From: Deltaproteobacteria bacterium
GTDB taxonomy: Bacteria > Myxococcota_A > Polyangia > Polyangiales > JADJMO01
Direction: 5' to 3'
Length of the DNA stretch: 64,000 nt
Assembly (NCBI GenBank): GCA_016182965.1
Contig: JACPFM010000026.1
Coordinates: 30,190 to 94,189 of the forward strand
A model generated the notes under the pieces. The model was not told where the DNA came from and did no database searches. It worked only from the letters and a program-made list of their open reading frames with translations. The translations under genes and the position numbers were made by a program. The number at the start of each line of letters is the position of its first letter. The stretch's first letter is position 1. Positions 1 through 9,248 of the stretch are shown one piece after another.

Positions 1-621
1 GGCATCGACGGCGCCTCGTTCAGCGTCCAGGGTCCCTACGCCTACGGCTACCTGCGGAGCGAGCACGGCGTGCACCGCCTGGTGCGCATCTCGCCGTTCG
101 ACGCCAACGCGCGCCGGCAGACCGCCTTCGCGGCGGTCGAGATCCTCCCGCAGGTCGAGGACGACATCAACATCGAGATCAAGGACGAAGACCTCGAGAC
201 GACGACCATGCGCGCCGGCGGCAAGGGCGGGCAGAACGTCAACAAGGTCGAGACGGCGGTGCGCATGAAGCACCTCCCGTCGGGCATCGTCGTCGTGTGC
301 CGCGCCGAGCGCTCGCAGCTGCAGAACCGCATGCTCGCCAAGAAGATGCTCGCCGCGAAGCTCTACGATCTCGAGCTGCAGCGCCGCGAGCAGGAGACGG
401 CCGCCTACAACGCGACCAAATCGCAGATCGCCTGGGGCTCGCAGATCCGCAGCTACGTCCTCCAGCCCTACCGCATGGTGAAGGACCACCGCACCGGCGA
501 GGAGACGGGCAACCCCGACGCGGTGCTCGACGGCGAGCTCGACGACTTCATCGAGGCCTACCTCCTCGCCGCCGCGGGCGGCACGCTCGGCAAGGGCGGC
601 GCGGCGAGCGACGAGGTGTGA
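1..621 (+). CDS. prfB: peptide chain release factor 2, C-terminal part (5' end lies outside the window)
   Basis: Frame 1 is open from base 1. SPF tripeptide (RISPFDAN), GGQ motif ([18 protein letters not shown]) and the C-terminal [10 protein letters not shown]...[11 protein letters not shown] are typical of RF2. Stop TGA at 619-621. Confidence 0.9.
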   Translation, partial: GIDGASFSVQGPYAYGYLRSEHGVHRLVRISPFDANARRQTAFAAVEILPQVEDDINIEIKDEDLETTTMRAGGKGGQNVNKVETAVRMKHLPSGIVVVCRAERSQLQNRMLAKKMLAAKLYDLELQRREQETAAYNATKSQIAWGSQIRSYVLQPYRMVKDHRTGEETGNPDAVLDGELDDFIEAYLLAAAGGTLGKGGAASDEV

Positions 622-622
622 C

Positions 623-1963
623 GTGGGCCGGCTCGCGCAGCTGGTGACCGCCGCCGCGCTCGGCGGCGTCGCGGTCGTCGCGATCGCGACCTCGCGCGCG
701 GAGGTCGTCGATCCGACGGTCGCCACCGCGTTCGCCATCGGCGATGGCGGCGCCCGCTGGCCGGCCGATCGCGGCGGCGGCAAGCGCACCGGCGCGGTCG
801 CCTCGCTGCCGATGGCGCCCAAGCCTCGCTGGACCGCGAGCCTCGGCGCGCGCGTCGAGTGGCCTCCGGTCGTCGACGCCAGGGGCACCATCGTCGTCGC
901 CATCGGTCCGTCCGGCGGCACGGAAGGCGGCGTCGCGGAGCTCGACGGCACGACCGGCAAGGTGCTGTCGACCACGCGTCTGCGCTCGCCGACGGCGCAG
1001 ACCGATCCGATCCTCGAGGGTCTCTCGAACGTCCAAGCCGACAGCGCCGCCGGCCCGCTCGCGATCCTCGCCAACGGCACGCGCGTGGTCGTCACCATCC
1101 GCGGCTACGCCGTCGGCCTCTCGCCCGGTGGCGCGGTGGTGTTCCGCACGCGCCTCGGCGGCGACTACTCCTCGGTGCCGCGCGTCGGCGTCTCGCCCCT
1201 GCCCGGCGGCGGCTTCGCGATCGCGCGCCGCCCCGAGGTGATCGAGCTCGACGCGCATGGCAACCTCGTCGATCGCGTGCGCCTCGAGGTCGGCCCCTAC
1301 CTCGCCGTCCGCGAGAGCGGCGAGGTGCTCGGCGTGTCACCGGCGGGCGAGCTGATCGGCTGGCGCGCCGGCCGGCTGCCGCGCAGCTACGGTTCGTTCG
1401 GCGACAAGGGCACCAACGTCGAAGGCCCGTGCCGCGGCGGCGTGGTGCTCGACGGCTCGGCCACACCTTCGCCGGGCGGGCGCAAGGAGCGGGCGATCTG
1501 CGTGACCGACGGCCTCGTCGAGCAGCTCGACCTCGTGAGCGGCGCGCGCAAGGCCCTGCTCGGCAAGGCGATCGGCGGCCTGCCGTACCGCACGGGCTCG
1601 GGCATCGGGGAGTCCGGCGATCTCGCGGTCGTCATCGCCGGCGGCGCGCTCGTCGGCGCCGTGGCGTCCGGCGGCGACCTCGGTCCGTGGGAGGTCCCCG
1701 GCGCCGCGCCGATGCTGCCGGGCAAGGACGGCGGCGTGACGTACGTCGGCGCGCTCGGCGAGGTGGCGCCGCTGGTTGCCGACGATGGCGCCGTCGCGTG
1801 GGCGACGAGCGATGGCGTCGCGCTCCTGCGCGCGGGCACGGTGTCGCGGGTCACGCGCTGCGGCGGGTCGTTCTCGGGCGCCGTGGCCGGGCTCGCCAGC
1901 GCGGCACCGGGCACGCTCGTGGTCGCCTGCAGCGACGGGAAGGTGCAGCTGCTCGCGGACTGA
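623..1963 (+). CDS. secreted hypothetical protein, Gly-rich, possibly beta-propeller-like
   Basis: GTG start 2 nt after the prfB stop. N-terminal signal-like segment LAQLVTAAALGGVAVVAIATSRA. GC3-rich 446-codon ORF. No family recognised. Confidence 0.6.
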   Translation: MGRLAQLVTAAALGGVAVVAIATSRAEVVDPTVATAFAIGDGGARWPADRGGGKRTGAVASLPMAPKPRWTASLGARVEWPPVVDARGTIVVAIGPSGGTEGGVAELDGTTGKVLSTTRLRSPTAQTDPILEGLSNVQADSAAGPLAILANGTRVVVTIRGYAVGLSPGGAVVFRTRLGGDYSSVPRVGVSPLPGGGFAIARRPEVIELDAHGNLVDRVRLEVGPYLAVRESGEVLGVSPAGELIGWRAGRLPRSYGSFGDKGTNVEGPCRGGVVLDGSATPSPGGRKERAICVTDGLVEQLDLVSGARKALLGKAIGGLPYRTGSGIGESGDLAVVIAGGALVGAVASGGDLGPWEVPGAAPMLPGKDGGVTYVGALGEVAPLVADDGAVAWATSDGVALLRAGTVSRVTRCGGSFSGAVAGLASAAPGTLVVACSDGKVQLLAD

Positions 1964-1975
1964 AACAACAAGTGC

Positions 1976-2003
1976 TTGACAGGGAAGCGCCCACGAATAG
2001 AGT
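1976..2003 (+). promoter_or_regulatory. sigma-70-like promoter candidate for the tRNA-Gln/tRNA-Glu pair
   Basis: TTGACA (1976-1981), 16-nt spacer, TAGAGT (1998-2003), about 55 nt upstream of tRNA-Gln. Confidence 0.4.
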
Positions 2004-2057
2004 GCGACGCCCGTCCGGCGGGAACCCTAACCCCCCACCGGATGGCCCCAGCAGTCT

Positions 2058-2128
2058 TGGGGGATCGTCTAACGGCAGGACGACGGATTCTGGCTCCGTC
2101 TATCTAGGTTCGAATCCTAGTCCCCCAG
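2058..2128 (+). tRNA. tRNA-Gln (anticodon CTG)
   Basis: A 71-nt cloverleaf was folded by hand: acceptor TGGGGGA/TCCCCCA, anticodon stem ACGGA/TCCGT with loop TTCTGGC, T arm CTAGG-TTCGAAT-CCTAG, discriminator G. CCA is not encoded. Confidence 0.85.
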
Positions 2129-2174
2129 CTCGGCCGTCTCCGCCAGATTCGGCCTGTGTGAGTGAGATCAGGTT

Positions 2175-2246
2175 GGCCCCATCGTCTAGCGGTTAGGACA
2201 TCGGCCTCTCACGCCGGTAACACGGGTTCAAGTCCCGTTGGGGTCG
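2175..2246 (+). tRNA. tRNA-Glu (anticodon CTC)
   Basis: A 72-nt cloverleaf: acceptor GGCCCCA/TGGGGTC, anticodon loop CTCTCAC, T arm ACGGG-TTCAAGT-CCCGT. It aligns with the canonical tRNA-Glu layout. The 3' end now reads GTCGCTA rather than GTCGCCA. Confidence 0.85.
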
Positions 2247-2247
2247 C
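2224..2247 (+). repeat. attL: direct repeat GGGTTCAAGTCCCGTTGGGGTCGC inside the intact tRNA-Glu
   Basis: Exact 24/24 match to 15682-15705. Confidence 0.85.
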
Positions 2248-3847
2248 TATCAGTAATGAACAGAGGGCCGAGCGCGGCAGATCCCTGGATCTGGAAGCGG
2301 CGGCCCTCTGAGCTTTCCAGCGGCGCGAACGTCAGCGGCCCGTCCAACAGCGCTTCGAGGACGCGGCGCGCCTCCGCGGGGTTGCGGTCCACAAGGCCGC
2401 GCAGGTCGTCGAGACGCTGACGCGCCTCGCGCTCCATGCGGCGCACTTCGAGGCTGAGCGCTCCCGGCGCTGCGCGCGATGCGCGGAGATCCGCTTCGAG
2501 CGTCGCGACGCGCTTTTCGCGCTCGCCGATCGCGCGAAGCACCGCGCCGGGCTGCTCGCCGCCCGCCATCGCGAGCACAGACACGAGGCGATCAATCTCG
2601 GCGCGCAGCGTCCGGATCTCGGCCTCGGCCTGAGGACCGCGCGCGTCCGCAGTCCTCGCCCGCGTTTCGAGGCGGCGGCGCACCTCGCGGAGCGTCTCGA
2701 CGATCAGCGACTCGCGGAGCACGTTCTCGCGGATCCACGACAGCACCGCGTGATCGACGTGCTCGACCGGGCGCGCGATCGCGTTCGCGCAGACGGCGGC
2801 GCCTCGCACGCGGCGCCACGAGCACACGTAGACCTTGATCGTCTCTCGGCCCGAACGCCCGTTGACCGCTTGGATCGGACCGCCGCACGTTGCGCAGCGC
2901 GCGAGCCCGGAGAGCATGTAGCGAGCCGGCGGCCCCTTGGCACCGATGCGTCCGGTGATGCGCTTCAAGCACTCGATCTTCGCCTGCACCGCGCCCCACA
3001 GCTCTTCGTCGACGATCCGCAGTTCGGGGCGATCGACGCGGGTCCATTCGGACTCGTCGCGCGCGACGTGGACCTTCGTGCCGCCGCGGTACGCTTTGCC
3101 GAGGCGTCCCCAGATCAAGATCCCGCGGTACCGATCACGGCGGAGCATCTCGCGGATCCCGTTCGGGCACCACGAGCGCGTCCCGCGCCGTCCCGCACGC
3201 GGCGACGGCACGCCACGATCGTTCAGCGACTTGCAGATCGCGCGGAGCCCCTGCCCCTCGGCGAAGCGCCGGAAGATCTCGCGGACCACCTCGGCCTCGC
3301 GCTCGTTGATCGCGTAGTCGACGGCGACACGCCGCGCGCCGTCCATGATGGGCACGTTGTCATACCCGAACACGCGGCCGCCCGCGTTCAGGCCCTTGCG
3401 CGCCTTCGTCGCGAGGTGCTCCAGGGTCCGGCCGGCGATCTTCTCGCGCTCCATCTCGGATGCCGCGCTCTGCACGGCGACGACGACCTTCTGCATCGGC
3501 GAGTTGAGCGTCACCTCGTCGTCGGAGAAGTAGAAGAACAGGCGCACGCCGTGCTCGACGAACTCTTGGATCGCGAGCGCGGTCCGGAAGGTGTCGCCGC
3601 CGAGCCGCGATTCGTCGCGGACAACGATCGCGTCGAACGCCCGTGCCTCCGCGGCCGCGCGCAGCGAGTTGAACGCGTGACGCTTGACGAACTCGGACCG
3701 GCTTACGCCGTCGTCGACGAACACGTGCGAGGGGTCGAGCGTCCATCCCTTCGAGGCGATGTAGCGGCGCGCCTCGGCGATCTGCACTTCGAGGGACGCG
3801 GCTTGGTGATCGTCCGTGCTCCGCCTCGCGTAGACCGCTGCGCGCAT
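2228..3847 (-). CDS. large serine recombinase (integrase of the element)
   Basis: N-terminal resolvase domain with catalytic-Ser context (MRAAVYARRSTDD). Recombinase domain, zinc ribbon (CATCGG...VCSW...CAN) and a C-terminal coiled coil. ATG at 3847 is preceded by GGAGG. The stop TGA (2228-2230) lies inside the tRNA/att repeat. Confidence 0.9.
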   Translation of the reverse strand: MRAAVYARRSTDDHQAASLEVQIAEARRYIASKGWTLDPSHVFVDDGVSRSEFVKRHAFNSLRAAAEARAFDAIVVRDESRLGGDTFRTALAIQEFVEHGVRLFFYFSDDEVTLNSPMQKVVVAVQSAASEMEREKIAGRTLEHLATKARKGLNAGGRVFGYDNVPIMDGARRVAVDYAINEREAEVVREIFRRFAEGQGLRAICKSLNDRGVPSPRAGRRGTRSWCPNGIREMLRRDRYRGILIWGRLGKAYRGGTKVHVARDESEWTRVDRPELRIVDEELWGAVQAKIECLKRITGRIGAKGPPARYMLSGLARCATCGGPIQAVNGRSGRETIKVYVCSWRRVRGAAVCANAIARPVEHVDHAVLSWIRENVLRESLIVETLREVRRRLETRARTADARGPQAEAEIRTLRAEIDRLVSVLAMAGGEQPGAVLRAIGEREKRVATLEADLRASRAAPGALSLEVRRMEREARQRLDDLRGLVDRNPAEARRVLEALLDGPLTFAPLESSEGRRFQIQGSAALGPLFITDSDPNGT

Positions 3848-4111
3848 GATCGCTACCTCCGGGGGAAGCGTAGAAGATCGGCGACGAGGAGATCGGCGAG
3901 GCTGACAATCAATGTCCGCACGCGCGGATCGCGGCTGCCGAGCGAGTCGTCCGCCGCGGCGGACCGCCCGGTTTGCGGCGCTGCGTCCGCCGGCGCCCGG
4001 CGCTGCTCCCGCGACGTTCTCGGCACGGCGACAGCTTCGCTGCCGCCGCGCGCTCGCAGGTGTGACGAGAACTTGGCCGCCGCGAGGGGCTCCGGTCACA
4101 CCCTAGATGAC

Positions 4112-4792
4112 GTGGGCGCGGACGAGCTGACTGCCAAAGCCATTCGCGAGCACGCAACCTCGGTGGCACAACTGGCTGAGCAAGCAGGCGTGCTCACGGA
4201 GCTTCGCCTCGGCGTTGCGCGGTTCCTTGTCGCTGGATCGATCGCGCGGCGTGACGCGCGGATCGTCGCCGCGGCGACGAAGGCACCGCGCGCGTGGTCC
4301 GGCGCCGTCGATGCGGCCGAGAAGGCACTCCTCGCTGTGCACGACGCGGCCGGCGCCGAGCCGCCGAGGACTGTCAATCGAGCGTATCGAGCGGTGGTTA
4401 CCGCGCTCGGCGCGTTGCGCGAGGAGGTCGATGTCTGGCGCGTTCGGGAAGCGTCAGTGCCGGCGACGGGCGCTGCCCATCCCTTCTTGGCGGAGGACGC
4501 TGCGGCATTTCTGGACTTGGTACGGAACGGCCTCGGAATCGATCTTTCGCAGTTCGCCGCGCTCATCGTGTGCGGCACGAAGAACAAGCCCTGGTCGCGT
4601 CGGTACCCTTCGCGATCAGCCGAGCAACTTCGATCCGCGCACCGTCGCGCGCACAACGCGTTGCGGAAGATCGCCGCGCGTGGTGGTGCCCTCGAAGACG
4701 TGCAGCACGTCAGCCTGACGCCGGAGGAGGCGCTGGCGCGCGTTCGCGCCTACGTTCGCGGTTCGCCAACGCGCGCTCGCACCGGGGTGTGA
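4112..4792 (+). CDS. hypothetical protein (island)
   Basis: GTG 4112 is the first start after the in-frame stop. It is the C-terminal part of track ORF 2750-4792. The sequence is helical and protein-like, whereas the opposite-strand ORF 4096-4656 is Arg/Ser-rich junk. GC3 is lower than in core genes. Confidence 0.45.
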   Translation: MGADELTAKAIREHATSVAQLAEQAGVLTELRLGVARFLVAGSIARRDARIVAAATKAPRAWSGAVDAAEKALLAVHDAAGAEPPRTVNRAYRAVVTALGALREEVDVWRVREASVPATGAAHPFLAEDAAAFLDLVRNGLGIDLSQFAALIVCGTKNKPWSRRYPSRSAEQLRSAHRRAHNALRKIAARGGALEDVQHVSLTPEEALARVRAYVRGSPTRARTGV

Positions 4793-4908
4793 CGAGCTGG
4801 GCGGCCTCGCGCGGCCGTCCCGTCACACCTCGGCCCGAGCCACGGCCGTAGCGTCAAGTGCGCGCCCGCCGCGCGCTCCTGATCACACGCGGCGGGCCGA
4901 GGAGGAAC

Positions 4909-5166
4909 ATGGCAAGGGTATTTCCGCGAGCCGCGCGCCGCAACGCCGCCCGCCGCAACGTCCAACCTGCTCTCGCGCTGAAGATCGCGATCTGGCGCAG
5001 CGGCCGCCCGCAGTATGAGATCGCGCTCGCCGCCGGCCTCTCTGCCACGACGCTGAGCATGATCGTCGTCGGCCGGCGTCAGACATCGGCATCGGAACGC
5101 CGCCGGATCGCGCGCGCGCTCGGCGTCGCCGTTGGCCGTCTCTTCGGCGCACGGAGGGACGGATGA
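4909..5166 (+). CDS. XRE/Cro-like helix-turn-helix protein
   Basis: ATG 4909 is preceded by GAGGAGG. HTH segment RPQYEIALAAGLSATTLSMIVVGRR. Confidence 0.65.
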   Translation: MARVFPRAARRNAARRNVQPALALKIAIWRSGRPQYEIALAAGLSATTLSMIVVGRRQTSASERRRIARALGVAVGRLFGARRDG

Positions 5167-5636
5167 GCTCGCCGAGGATGCCTTGGGAGTCGACCTACTT
5201 CGCGAAGGTGCCGCTCGGGATCGTCTGCCTCAATCTGACGCCCTCCGAGCGCGAGGTCTATCGCGCCCTCGCGTTTCGTTGCTGGTACAACCGCGAGGAC
5301 ACCGGCGGGTACACGGTCGTCAGCGCCGACCAACTCTCCATCGAGGCTGGGGTGAGCCGGAAGGCGGCGATCAAGGCGCTCGCCGAGCTGCGCGTGCTCG
5401 GGCTCGTGGACCGTGTGCAACTCGGGCCGACCGAGTTCGCGTATGCGTTGCTCGATCTGCCACCTGAGGTGTTCCGTGTCAGCGAGCAGCTCGCACGTCC
5501 CTTCGATCCGCTTCGCACTCGTGCAGGCAAGGCAAGGTTCCGGAAGGCTCTCGAAAGGGCGAAGAATGCCTCCGCTCGGGAGGCACCGGAACGGTTGTCG
5601 CGAGGACGCGAAGCGCCGAGCGACTCTCTCCAATGA
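5163..5636 (+). CDS. winged-helix DNA-binding protein (replication-organiser or regulator-like)
   Basis: ATGA overlap with the upstream HTH gene. Segment VSADQLSIEAGVSRKAAIKALAELRVLGLV is typical of a wHTH. Confidence 0.55.
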   Translation: MSSPRMPWESTYFAKVPLGIVCLNLTPSEREVYRALAFRCWYNREDTGGYTVVSADQLSIEAGVSRKAAIKALAELRVLGLVDRVQLGPTEFAYALLDLPPEVFRVSEQLARPFDPLRTRAGKARFRKALERAKNASAREAPERLSRGREAPSDSLQ

Positions 5637-5840
5637 GCTCTCCCAATCCTCTCGTAAGGAGAGCCCAGCCTCTGCGGGCCCGAAAAGGGCACGCTCCGGG
5701 CCCAAAGGGGGACCGCCGGCGAGCCCGAAAGCGTCACGCGCAACGCTGCCGCGGCGTGCCCCGAACCGGGTCACGCCACGGCGCGCCCGGTCACACCGGG
5801 GGCGGCGAAGCTGTCGATTCGGCCTCGCGCGGGCGCACAC

Positions 5841-6173
5841 TCAGTGCCGAGCACGCCTTCCCGGTTTTCGCGGTCGACCCGCGGCACGTTCGAGCGGCGC
5901 CGTTTTGCGGAGTAGCCGCGCAACGGGCTGACCGAGCGCCTCTGCGATGGCGTGAAGTACCTCGATCGTTGGGTTCGCGCGCGCGGCCTCGATCCGCTGC
6001 AGATGCTTGGGATCGAGCCCGGCGGCGTCGGCCAGATCCTCTTGGGTCATCCCGCGTCGCGTCCTGCCACGCCTTACGTTGGCGGCGATGAACTGGCGAA
6101 GCGTCGGGAGATCCGGGCGAGGCACGCCCGTCGGCCGTATCGGTAGAATCCGATCCGATACACCGCACGACAC
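5841..6173 (-). CDS. XRE-family transcriptional regulator (candidate repressor)
   Basis: RGMTQEDLADAAGLDPKHLQRIEAARANPTIEVLHAIAEAL is a classical HTH_3 pattern. The start is GTG 6173 or the alternative GTG 6125. Confidence 0.8.
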   Translation of the reverse strand: MSCGVSDRILPIRPTGVPRPDLPTLRQFIAANVRRGRTRRGMTQEDLADAAGLDPKHLQRIEAARANPTIEVLHAIAEALGQPVARLLRKTAPLERAAGRPRKPGRRARH

Positions 6174-6247
6174 GGGTAGTTTACGATCGTGCGCCGGACG
6201 GCTGTGTAACGTCGACGAACGCGCTGCACGCGAGAGAGGACGCGGCG

Positions 6248-7159
6248 ATGGCTTCGCAGAAGAGCAGTAGGGGTTCCGGTTGTCTCGGCAGTGGGATCGT
6301 GATCCTCGTCACCGCGGCGGTGCTGGGGAAGTGTGTCTGCGGCCGCGACGCGAAGGAACAAGCCTCGGCGCCGAACGAACCGGCGAAACCGGTGCCGCAG
6401 CCCGTCGCGAAGGCGGCGGTGTCGTCTGCGGCAGGGGCCAGCGGCTCGGCAAGCGCGGCGCCCGCCTCGGCGTTCGACGCGTTGTGGCGCGCCGCAACGT
6501 CTCCCCCGCCGAAGCAGAATTTCGATCAGGTTTTCGCACTGGTGCTGTCGCAGGCCGACTACTGCGCCACGCACGATTGCGGGGACGAGTTCACCCGCGA
6601 GCAGCGGTACAAGGACGCGAAGGAGGCCGCGAAGAAGATCCGCGCGGCGACATGGCGCACGACGCTTCCGGCGGAGAAGGTGGGGCTGCTCTCGGGTCGA
6701 GAAGGATTTGCGATCGGCGAGTTCAACCCCGCGCGCGTCGAGCTGCCGATCGTCCTCGAATGGCCGCGCGCACTGGGCGGGAAGCTCCACCTTGGCGGGC
6801 CTGCCGGCGACGTCGCCACCGACTGCGCCCCCCGGCGACCCGGTATCGAGCGCCTCATGATGCCGAACGGCGAAGCGAACAACTCGTGGGTCAAGTTCAA
6901 GACGACCGAGCTGGCCGTGAAGTTCGCCAGCGTCGACGAAGCGAAGGCTTGGAAGCAGCGTTCCGATAACCCCGCGCTGTTGCAGCTCGTCTTCCGAATC
7001 ACGGACCAAGCCGTCGACATCCGCAAGACGACGCAGAGCGGCGTCACGCTCGATTCGGGAGCGGGCGGTCTAGCGATCGTGCAGGTGCTCGGCGCTCGGC
7101 TGTTGGACGGATCGCGCGTGCTCGCGGGGAAGCCCACCGGACCGGCGCCCACGAAGTAG
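6248..7159 (+). CDS. hypothetical membrane-anchored protein
   Basis: N-terminal hydrophobic segment GSGIVILVTAAVLGKCVC, then a Pro/Ala-rich linker. No family recognised. Confidence 0.55.
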   Translation: MASQKSSRGSGCLGSGIVILVTAAVLGKCVCGRDAKEQASAPNEPAKPVPQPVAKAAVSSAAGASGSASAAPASAFDALWRAATSPPPKQNFDQVFALVLSQADYCATHDCGDEFTREQRYKDAKEAAKKIRAATWRTTLPAEKVGLLSGREGFAIGEFNPARVELPIVLEWPRALGGKLHLGGPAGDVATDCAPRRPGIERLMMPNGEANNSWVKFKTTELAVKFASVDEAKAWKQRSDNPALLQLVFRITDQAVDIRKTTQSGVTLDSGAGGLAIVQVLGARLLDGSRVLAGKPTGPAPTK

Positions 7160-7296
7160 GCGGCGGATGCCCGTCTGCCGCGACGGCTGCGCTCGATCGG
7201 ATACACCGCCCGAAGCGGGTGGTTTCCTTCCCGCGCGCTCGCACCGCGTGTACCCTCGCGCGTGCGTCGACGCGGCGAGCGACAGGAGAACTCGGG

Positions 7297-7848
7297 ATGG
7301 CGAGGAGCAGCACGCAGCCTGGACCGCAGCCACACACCTCCGCAACGTGGTCTCGCGATCCATCGCGGTGGACGGGCCTCGTGATGGTCCTCGCCGTCGC
7401 GGCAGCTGACTGCGGGCGTAACGCGGCCCCGTCGGTCGAATCGTCAGCGCGCTCGCCGTCTGCCTGCCCACCGTGTCCGTCCGTGGCGCCGAGCGCGGCC
7501 GCGGCGTCCACCTCTCCACCGGCGGCGCCCGCAGCAGCCGGCGATTTCGAGGTGCGCTACCCCACGATCGACGCGTTCGTGTCGTCGATGATTGAGGGCG
7601 GGCACAAGGTGACCCGACGTAAGAACTCGGACGGCTCTTCGGGGCAGTTCTTCCTCGTCTATCCCGGCGTGGTCGAGGGCGAGAAGCTGACACTCGATGG
7701 CAGGAGCGTAGACTGCTGGCTCTACGACAGTCGTGCGCAGTGGGAGAAGCTCGATCACTGGCTCGACGTTCAAGTGGCCCAGATGAAGGGCTGGATTCCG
7801 AAGAAGGCGCAGGTAACCGTCTTCGGGAACGTCAAGTGCACCGGGTAG
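7297..7848 (+). CDS. hypothetical lipoprotein-like protein
   Basis: ATG 7297 is preceded by AGGAG. Hydrophobic segment LVMVLAVAAADCG has a lipobox-like Cys. Confidence 0.5.
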   Translation: MARSSTQPGPQPHTSATWSRDPSRWTGLVMVLAVAAADCGRNAAPSVESSARSPSACPPCPSVAPSAAAASTSPPAAPAAAGDFEVRYPTIDAFVSSMIEGGHKVTRRKNSDGSSGQFFLVYPGVVEGEKLTLDGRSVDCWLYDSRAQWEKLDHWLDVQVAQMKGWIPKKAQVTVFGNVKCTG

Positions 7849-7996
7849 GTGGGGCCGCCGGGCTCGATCCGCGTCTCGACGTGGCGGTAGCGAAGATCTG
7901 GCGCGAACAGATCTGGCGCGGCGGCGTCTCGGTTCCACACTTGAAGGCGTGAACGAACCGAGACGGCACACCGCAATCGCGTGGAGGGCGTGAGCC

Positions 7997-8485
7997 ATGC
8001 CGCGCCGATGCTCGGTCTGCGACCATGCCGCGCGAGACGAGATCGATCGCGCGCTGATCTCCGGTGAACCGTTCCGGAACATAGCGGAACGGTTCGCCGG
8101 GCTCACGGCCGCTTCGATCCATCGGCACCGTCACGGGCACCTCACGGCCGCGGTTCGTCACGCGCGCGAGGCCGAAGACGTCCAACGCGGCGCGACGCTG
8201 CTCGATCAGGTCCGCGCACTGCACGCGCGGACACTGCGGCTGCTCGCGAAGGCCGAGGCCGAGGACGACGCGCCGACCGCGCTGCGAGCGCTACGCGAGG
8301 CACGCGCCGGGTTGGAGTTGCTGGCGAAGCTGCTCGGCGAACTGGACACGGCGCCCACGGTGACCGTATCGCTCGGCACGGAGTGGGCCTCGCTGCGTAC
8401 CGCCATCCTGCGCGCGCTCGAACCGTTCCCGGACGCGAGGAGCGCCGTCGCGCAAGCGATTGCACGGAGTGCCGATGCGAGCTGA
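7997..8485 (+). CDS. small-terminase-like / phage DNA-binding protein
   Basis: N-terminal MPRRCSVCDH...ISGEPFRNIAERFAGLTAASIHRHRHGHL (Cys pair plus HTH), then a coiled-coil-like tail. It sits directly upstream of, and overlaps, the large-terminase ATPase gene. Confidence 0.5.
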   Translation: MPRRCSVCDHAARDEIDRALISGEPFRNIAERFAGLTAASIHRHRHGHLTAAVRHAREAEDVQRGATLLDQVRALHARTLRLLAKAEAEDDAPTALRALREARAGLELLAKLLGELDTAPTVTVSLGTEWASLRTAILRALEPFPDARSAVAQAIARSADAS

Positions 8486-9248
8486 CGCCCGGGCGGATCT
8501 TCGCCACGCCCTCGATCCCGCGGCCTTCGCGATCGAGGCGCTCGGCATCACGCCCGACCCCTGGCAGCACTCGTTCCTTCGCTCGACCGCGCGACGGCAG
8601 ATCCTGCTCTGCTCGCGGCAGTCCGGGAAGTCCACCGTCGCGGCGATCGCGGCGCTGCACCGGGCGCTCTTCTACCCTCAGTCACTCGTGCTGGTCGTGT
8701 CCCCTTCGATCCGGCAGTCGGGCGAGCTGTTCCGGAAAATCGTCCACCACGTGACCCGCTTGGCTGTCGCGCCGGACCTATCCGAGGAGTCGCGACTGTC
8801 GATGCGCCTCGCGAACGGATCGCGCGTCCTCTCGCTGCCGTCGAGCCCCGAGACGATCCGCGGGTTCTCGGCGGCGTCGCTCGTGATCGAGGACGAGGCC
8901 GCGTTCGTCGACGATGACTGCTACGTCGCCATTCGCCCGATGTTGGCCGTCAGCAAGGGCAGACTCGTGCTCATGAGCACCCCGTTTGGCAGGAGGGGGC
9001 ATTTCTACAGGGAGTGGTCGTCGGGCGGGGGGCAGTGGGAACGGTTCTCCGTGACCGCCGCACAGTGCCCGCGGATCTCGCCGGAGTTCCTTGCCGAAGA
9101 GCGGGAGAGCCTCGGGGCTTGGCGATGGTTGCAGGAGTACGGAGCCGAGTTCGTCGAGTCGGACGATCAGCTTTTCGCGATCGACTTGGTGCAGGCCGCG
9201 ATCGCATCCGATGTCGAGCCCCTCCTTTTCGGTCTGGCCCATGCATAG
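8475..9248 (+). CDS. terminase large subunit, ATPase domain only
   Basis: Walker A (LLCSRQSGKSTV), Walker B (ASLVIEDEAAFV), coupling motif (LMSTP). The ORF stops at TAG 9246-9248, just before the nuclease domain. Confidence 0.8.
   Translation: MRADARADLRHALDPAAFAIEALGITPDPWQHSFLRSTARRQILLCSRQSGKSTVAAIAALHRALFYPQSLVLVVSPSIRQSGELFRKIVHHVTRLAVAPDLSEESRLSMRLANGSRVLSLPSSPETIRGFSAASLVIEDEAAFVDDDCYVAIRPMLAVSKGRLVLMSTPFGRRGHFYREWSSGGGQWERFSVTAAQCPRISPEFLAEERESLGAWRWLQEYGAEFVESDDQLFAIDLVQAAIASDVEPLLFGLAHA

Noticed and set aside
2750-4100. N-terminal 450 codons of plus-strand ORF 2750-4792
   Set aside because: This stretch is antisense to the well-supported serine recombinase. Only the part downstream of 4112 was kept, as a tentative gene.
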